Positions 59,294-64,000 of a DNA stretch of 64,000 nucleotides are shown here, one piece after another (position 1 is the first letter of the stretch; each line of letters begins with the position of its first letter). The notes beneath the pieces were generated by a model. That model ran no database searches. It had not been told where the DNA came from and saw only the letters and a list, made by a program, of their open reading frames with translations. Both the position numbers and the translations under genes were made by a program. Location: positions 32,001 through 96,000 of the forward strand of contig JAUVNS010000003.1 of NCBI GenBank assembly GCA_030599585.1. The letters run 5' to 3'. Source of the DNA: Promethearchaeota archaeon (GTDB taxonomy: Archaea; Asgardarchaeota; Lokiarchaeia; Sigyniarchaeales; SOKP01).

Positions 59294-60709
59294 ATGAATG
59301 ACGAAAGCTTTTCTAGCAGTAAAAATGATTTTAAGGAATTAATCCGTAGAACAAATGAAAAGTTTATTAAAAAAGATTTAATCCATTTTTTAAAAATTCC
59401 TAGTTATACTTCAAATAGAGAAGCAATTGAAGAAGCGAAAGATTTTATCACTTCGTACATTTCTAATTTTTGCGAAAAAATCATAGAAGTCGAAGGGGAA
59501 ACGAATCCATTACTGATAGCTGAAGTTGATGGAAACATCAAAGATAGGTTATTAATCTACATGATGTACGATACTCAACCCGTAAATAAAGAGAAAGAAT
59601 GGATTAAGAATCCTTTTGGAGCGGAAATTACCGATCTACCAGAACCATTAGATAGATTAGGTAAGGTTATTATTGGTAGGGGCACATACAATTCAAAAAC
59701 TCCTTTATTATGCTTTTTAAATGTAGTGAAACTTTTAAAAGAAGAAGAAAAGCTTCCAATATCATTGATGTTTTTAATAGACGGAGAAGAAGAACTAGGT
59801 TCACCTACCCTATTAAACACTCTTAAAATAAAAAAGAATATGTTTACTGCGTGCACAGATGCATATTACCCTTCTATAAAACAAGATTTAAATGGAATTT
59901 CGGTTTTAAAGCTTGGTTATAAAGGTATTTTATCTTTATCCATCAAAGCTTCATCTACCAACTCTGAGACCCATTCTGCTTTTAGTTCGATGATCCCTAA
60001 TCCTGCCCAAGATTTGATATTCGTACTTAATAGTATTTATTCTAAAAACAAGTTTAAAATTAATTCACTCAGCGCCCCTTACAATATGACAGAAAGTGAG
60101 AACATAATTATAGAGAATTTAATGGAAAGTATTGATTTAGGAATAATAAAAGAAAAAGCAGGAATTAGACAAACTCTTATAGATGATCCTAAGTTGAATT
60201 TTATTGATTACTTATTTAATCCAACTTTCAACATCTCTACTTTAAAATCTGGTTATTTGGAAAATGGAGTAAAAAATATGGTAGCTAACAAGGCAGAGTG
60301 TAATATTGATATTAGATTTGCCCACGATGTGTCAGTAAATTTGATTTTTGAAGAAATTAAAAAGAAAGTTAACGATTTAACGAGAAATTTAAAATCCAGC
60401 TTTGAAATTGTTCAAAATATGGGCTATGACCGATCAAAAGTTAGAGAAAATTCAATTTTAGTAAAAAGTCTTGTAGATAGTTTTAAAGAGCTTGGATTTA
60501 CCACCCAAATTTGGCCGATTAGCGCAGCGGCAGCTCCACTAAGTCAGATACAAAGCCAATTGGGATTGAACTTCATTGTTGGTGGTTTAGGTATTGGAGG
60601 ATATGCACATGCTCCAAACGAATTCGTTCAATTAAATTCGATTCAAAATACGAGACTTTCAAATTATTTTTTTCTAAAAAATTATGCTGATCTTTATAGT
60701 GAGGTGTAA
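59294..60709 (+). CDS. M20-family peptidase/deacylase with atypical metal ligands
   Basis: IPS, MYDTQP, GRGTYNSK, DGEEELGSP, HS, DIRF, HAPNE. Confidence 0.88.
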   Translation: MNDESFSSSKNDFKELIRRTNEKFIKKDLIHFLKIPSYTSNREAIEEAKDFITSYISNFCEKIIEVEGETNPLLIAEVDGNIKDRLLIYMMYDTQPVNKEKEWIKNPFGAEITDLPEPLDRLGKVIIGRGTYNSKTPLLCFLNVVKLLKEEEKLPISLMFLIDGEEELGSPTLLNTLKIKKNMFTACTDAYYPSIKQDLNGISVLKLGYKGILSLSIKASSTNSETHSAFSSMIPNPAQDLIFVLNSIYSKNKFKINSLSAPYNMTESENIIIENLMESIDLGIIKEKAGIRQTLIDDPKLNFIDYLFNPTFNISTLKSGYLENGVKNMVANKAECNIDIRFAHDVSVNLIFEEIKKKVNDLTRNLKSSFEIVQNMGYDRSKVRENSILVKSLVDSFKELGFTTQIWPISAAAAPLSQIQSQLGLNFIVGGLGIGGYAHAPNEFVQLNSIQNTRLSNYFFLKNYADLYSEV

Positions 60710-60710
60710 T

Positions 60711-61874
60711 TTAATACGAATGAAATAGTCCACCAAATCCTCGTAATTTTGGTTTAATTGCTTCTTGAGGACACATTTCCATACAACAAAGACAAGAGAT
60801 GCATTTTCTTCTCAAAAATTCGGGATACTCTCCATTTATAAAATTAACAGCGTTTACTGGACAGACTTGTGAGCATTGCCCACATTGTATGCATAATTTT
60901 TTCTTTAGAGTAGGAATTTTTTTTGTTACTTTATAAACTATGCTCCTAGTGATGAAACTAGCAAATTTAGTCATGAATTTACCTGGGACTTTAAATTTTG
61001 GTGTAGTGTTTCTTGCTTCTTCTATAGATAATCCTAAAATTTCTATATCTTCCAGATCTCCTATACCTAAACCTCTTTCGTAAGCATTTTTTAAATGAGG
61101 AACATGTTTAAGGCCTTTAAATTTACCTATCTCTAACGCTACAACATCTAACGCTAATTCATCGGTCCCAACTAAAATTAAGTCCCATTGCTTCATAGGA
61201 CCAGAAACAGGTCCCATTGGGCCCTGCATAACTTTAACGCAATCGTAGATAATTAAGCGATTGGGTTTATTTTTTACAATCCAAGAATAGTTATCGGCAA
61301 GAGCTTCACCAAATTTATCAGGTGTTCTTCCTACTAAATGATATTTTGCTTTAAGACCACCAGGAATAACTCCCCAATAATTTTTAATCGCGCCCGTTAT
61401 TGTCGCTTCTCCATGAGTTTTTAACTTTGGTAAATTTATCAATAAATCGCAATCTTTTACAGGTTTTGATACATAATAATCTTTTAGCCTTATTGCACCA
61501 TCAATATCTTCATGAACAGGAATGTCTTGTTCAAAATTAATAAATTTGACGCCCGCTTCTTCGCAAACTTTGTATAAGCCGATTTTTTCAGCGATTACTC
61601 TAGCTGAGATCTTTATTTGACCAGGAGAATCCCCAATACGTATGTTATCATTTTCAACACCGATATTTTTTAAATATTTCAAAACAGCTTCAACGAATAT
61701 TGGTTGAGTACACGCATCTTTTGTGGCTCTCAGCAAGTTAGGTTTTAATAGAATGTTCTTACATTCACGAATATCAAAGGGAAGACTGTCAGCAATCAAT
61801 GCGATCCCCGCATTGATAGCATCAAGGATTGAATCGTAATTTTTTACGTTTACAATACTTATTTTCGTAGACAT
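60711..61874 (-). CDS. DUF362 protein with a C-terminal 2x[4Fe-4S] ferredoxin domain
   Basis: LLKPNL, GDSPG, INLPKLKTH...TGAIKN, CIQCGQCSQVCP, CISCLCCMEMCP. Confidence 0.9.
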   Translation of the reverse strand: MSTKISIVNVKNYDSILDAINAGIALIADSLPFDIRECKNILLKPNLLRATKDACTQPIFVEAVLKYLKNIGVENDNIRIGDSPGQIKISARVIAEKIGLYKVCEEAGVKFINFEQDIPVHEDIDGAIRLKDYYVSKPVKDCDLLINLPKLKTHGEATITGAIKNYWGVIPGGLKAKYHLVGRTPDKFGEALADNYSWIVKNKPNRLIIYDCVKVMQGPMGPVSGPMKQWDLILVGTDELALDVVALEIGKFKGLKHVPHLKNAYERGLGIGDLEDIEILGLSIEEARNTTPKFKVPGKFMTKFASFITRSIVYKVTKKIPTLKKKLCIQCGQCSQVCPVNAVNFINGEYPEFLRRKCISCLCCMEMCPQEAIKPKLRGFGGLFHSY

Positions 61875-62092
61875 AATATCCCCTAGAGTAAAAAATAATG
61901 GAATCAATTAAAATATAACTTTAACGACAAAATAAGAACTAATTATAACTATCTAAAACCTTATAGAATTTGACAAAATTTGTTTCGGAAACCATTAATA
62001 TTTTAATTAAGACCTTTTATTATTATTATAATTATACTTTATCATACTATTCTAACAAAATTGTATGGAAAATTGATCACTGATATTAGTCA

Positions 62093-62674
62093 ATGACGCT
62101 CGAGGAAGACCAAAACTTGGACGATGAAAAAACAGATCGAGAACCCGATGTAATGTTTAAAATTTGTTTATTCGGAGATGGTGGAGTTGGTAAAACCACA
62201 TTACTCGGTAGATATCTAACTGGTCTCTTTAAATCAAATCAGACTATTACGATAGGGGTCGATTTCCATGTTAAAAAAGTAGAAGTCAATGGTAAACTTG
62301 TTCTCCTCCAGATTTGGGATTTTGCTGGAGAAAAACGTTTTAGGTTTTTATTACCGAGCTATATTTTAGGTGCGTCAGGAGGAATTTTTATGTACGACAT
62401 AACACGGTATTCGAGCTTGAAAAATTTTCCTGAATGGATTAACATTTTTAAAAACGGTTTTATTGGAGCCAAAGATAAACCTTTACCAATAATTATGGTC
62501 GGGGGAAAATTAGATTTAAGCTTTAAACGAGCAGTTCCAACTAAGGAAGCGTTTGATTTGGCAAAAACTAATAAATTGTTTGGATACATTGAATGCTCTG
62601 CTAAAGATGGTAGAAATATCGAAGACATTTTCACAGAAATTGCTAAATTAATGCTTCAAAGGGCCGGACTATGA
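62093..62674 (+). CDS. Rab-like small GTPase
   Basis: GDGGVGKT, TIGVDF, LQIWDFAGEKRFR, YDIT, GKLD, ECSAK. Confidence 0.95.
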   Translation: MTLEEDQNLDDEKTDREPDVMFKICLFGDGGVGKTTLLGRYLTGLFKSNQTITIGVDFHVKKVEVNGKLVLLQIWDFAGEKRFRFLLPSYILGASGGIFMYDITRYSSLKNFPEWINIFKNGFIGAKDKPLPIIMVGGKLDLSFKRAVPTKEAFDLAKTNKLFGYIECSAKDGRNIEDIFTEIAKLMLQRAGL

Positions 62675-62677
62675 TGC

Positions 62678-63523
62678 TCAAGGCAAAAATATATCTTTAA
62701 GCGAATTTATTACGATATTAGGAATCATTCCTATTTCTGCTTCTGGAGATCGATCTGTATCTCCCTGTAATACTTCAACATCAGATGTTTTTGTCACGCC
62801 CGTCAATACGAGAGCCGTATTAATATCTGCGCGATTACCTGCTAAAATATCTGTGTTTAAGCGATCTCCAAAAATGACAGAACGGCTAGGATTCGAATTT
62901 GTTTCCTTTAAAATCGATTGAATCCCTTCAGGGTTTGGTTTTCCAAAAACCTTAATGGGCTTTTGGCCAGTACAGGTTTCAACAGCGTTCACCATTACAC
63001 CTGCACCGGGTAGCAAACCTGCTGCCACAGGCAAGGAAGCATCTGCGTTAGTTGCGTAAAATTTAGCGTTTCCTTCTAAAATACACCGCTGAGCGAAAGC
63101 TAGCTTTGCGTAAGTAAGGGCTCTATCCAGACCAACTATCACGAAATCAACTTCCTCGTGATTCGATTCAGCATTAACGACCTCATGGCCACATCTTTTT
63201 AATTCTTCTTTTAACCCCATTTCTCCTATAACATAAATCGTAGCGTTCTGTTTTAATCTAGTTATTTCACTTGAAGCGATCGAAGCGCTCGTATAAAAAT
63301 CTAAAATTTTGCTTTCAATGTTAAATCCTTTAAGACGTTGGACGTACATCTGTCGAGTAATTGTGGAATTATTGGAATTATAGACAACTTTAATCCTAAG
63401 TTCTTTTAATGCCGTTATCACTTTATCGCTGTCAGGTATTAGCTTATCTCCTCTGTACACAACTCCATCTAAGTCAAAAATCGCTAACTCGATATCTTTA
63501 AGCTGTTCAATTAATTTTTTCAT
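62678..63523 (-). CDS. HAD-superfamily IIA hydrolase (NagD-like)
   Basis: FDLDGV, SNNS, ATNAD, GKP, GDRLNTDI, VLTGV. Confidence 0.93.
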   Translation of the reverse strand: MKKLIEQLKDIELAIFDLDGVVYRGDKLIPDSDKVITALKELRIKVVYNSNNSTITRQMYVQRLKGFNIESKILDFYTSASIASSEITRLKQNATIYVIGEMGLKEELKRCGHEVVNAESNHEEVDFVIVGLDRALTYAKLAFAQRCILEGNAKFYATNADASLPVAAGLLPGAGVMVNAVETCTGQKPIKVFGKPNPEGIQSILKETNSNPSRSVIFGDRLNTDILAGNRADINTALVLTGVTKTSDVEVLQGDTDRSPEAEIGMIPNIVINSLKDIFLP

Positions 63524-63567
63524 TATAAATTAGTAAAGCATTCTCTCCTAGGTTATGTGTAATAAGT

Positions 63568-63999
63568 TTAAAACCATCCAATTGGTAATCCTAATAGAAA
63601 AACGAGGAATTGTATACCTATCGGTATAAATATAGGATTCAATATGTTATCTGCGGTAACAGCTGGTAAATAGTCAGTTAAAAAGAAAATAAAAGCGCCC
63701 ATTAAAGCATATACCGGTCCTACAAACACAAAACCGATAATATAAGCGACTACAACGCCCGCAACAAATCCTTCTACCGATTTTACTTCTTCATTCCTAA
63801 GTATGACTTTGTGTTTGCCATATTTTTTTCCAATTATTGCGGCAGAAGCGTCAGATAAACACGCTATAAGAATTCCCGCAAAAAAAACGAAAATGTGAAT
63901 GATGCCAGCCATATATAACATATAGGAAAAGATAAAGCCTGTAATAATATAAATCTGTGGTCCTGCTGCGTTTTTTTCTTTGTTTCTCAACATAGATTT
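63568..63999 (-). CDS. Dolichol/phytol kinase-like (CTP-dependent) membrane protein, 5' truncated by the window edge
   Basis: SDASAAIIGKKYG, KSVEGFVAG, DNIL.P. The frame stays open to the window end. Confidence 0.85.
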   Translation of the reverse strand, partial: KSMLRNKEKNAAGPQIYIITGFIFSYMLYMAGIIHIFVFFAGILIACLSDASAAIIGKKYGKHKVILRNEEVKSVEGFVAGVVVAYIIGFVFVGPVYALMGAFIFFLTDYLPAVTADNILNPIFIPIGIQFLVFLLGLPIGWF

Positions 64000-64000
64000 A

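Noticed and set aside
798-62634. The many short ORF-track entries antisense to or nested in long genes (e.g. 798-1118, 9396-9692, 20568-20954, 23055-23474, 38911-39297, 52305-52574)
   Set aside because: They are shadow frames of well-supported genes, with no motifs or initiation signals of their own.
1-64000. tRNA, rRNA, CRISPR arrays, IS elements and proviral genes
   Set aside because: I saw no GC-rich structured intergenic segments, no regularly spaced repeats, and no transposase, integrase or capsid motifs. A covariance-model scan (tRNAscan-SE, Infernal) would be needed to exclude small RNAs.

Overview
An AT-rich, gene-dense archaeal chromosome segment with about 46 genes. It most likely comes from an Asgard archaeon of the Lokiarchaeia type. 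This is inferred from archaeal information-processing genes (RFC-S, aIF5B, class I CCA-adding enzyme, TFB, Taw1, AglB/STT3) occurring together with eukaryotic-signature proteins (two Rab-like GTPases, an Arf/Rag-like GTPase, a roadblock protein) and a divergent EF-2 paralogue. Bacterial-type genes are also present: uvrB-uvrA, a GH3 glucosidase, a heterodimeric ABC exporter and pepD. I found no rRNA, tRNA, CRISPR array or mobile element. Main observations: (1) a CoA-transferase domain lacking its catalytic Glu is fused to a Pat-type GNAT next to acs, suggesting an acyl-CoA-sensing acetylation switch; (2) two tandem single-ring Cdc48-like ATPases, one with an inactivating Walker B substitution, share a gene-conversion-like tract; (3) duplicated 7-TM proteins bracket a Rab-like GTPase; (4) a 1255-aa protein joins a pseudo-GTPase to an alpha-solenoid; (5) unannotated micro-ORFs lie upstream of the EF-2 paralogue; (6) AglB carries five extra Ig-like repeats; (7) Taw1 has an inserted wHTH; (8) a pelota homologue lacks domain 1; (9) uvrB has no canonical start codon; (10) an MttB-like gene remnant. 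All calls come from reading motifs by eye; no database searches were run.
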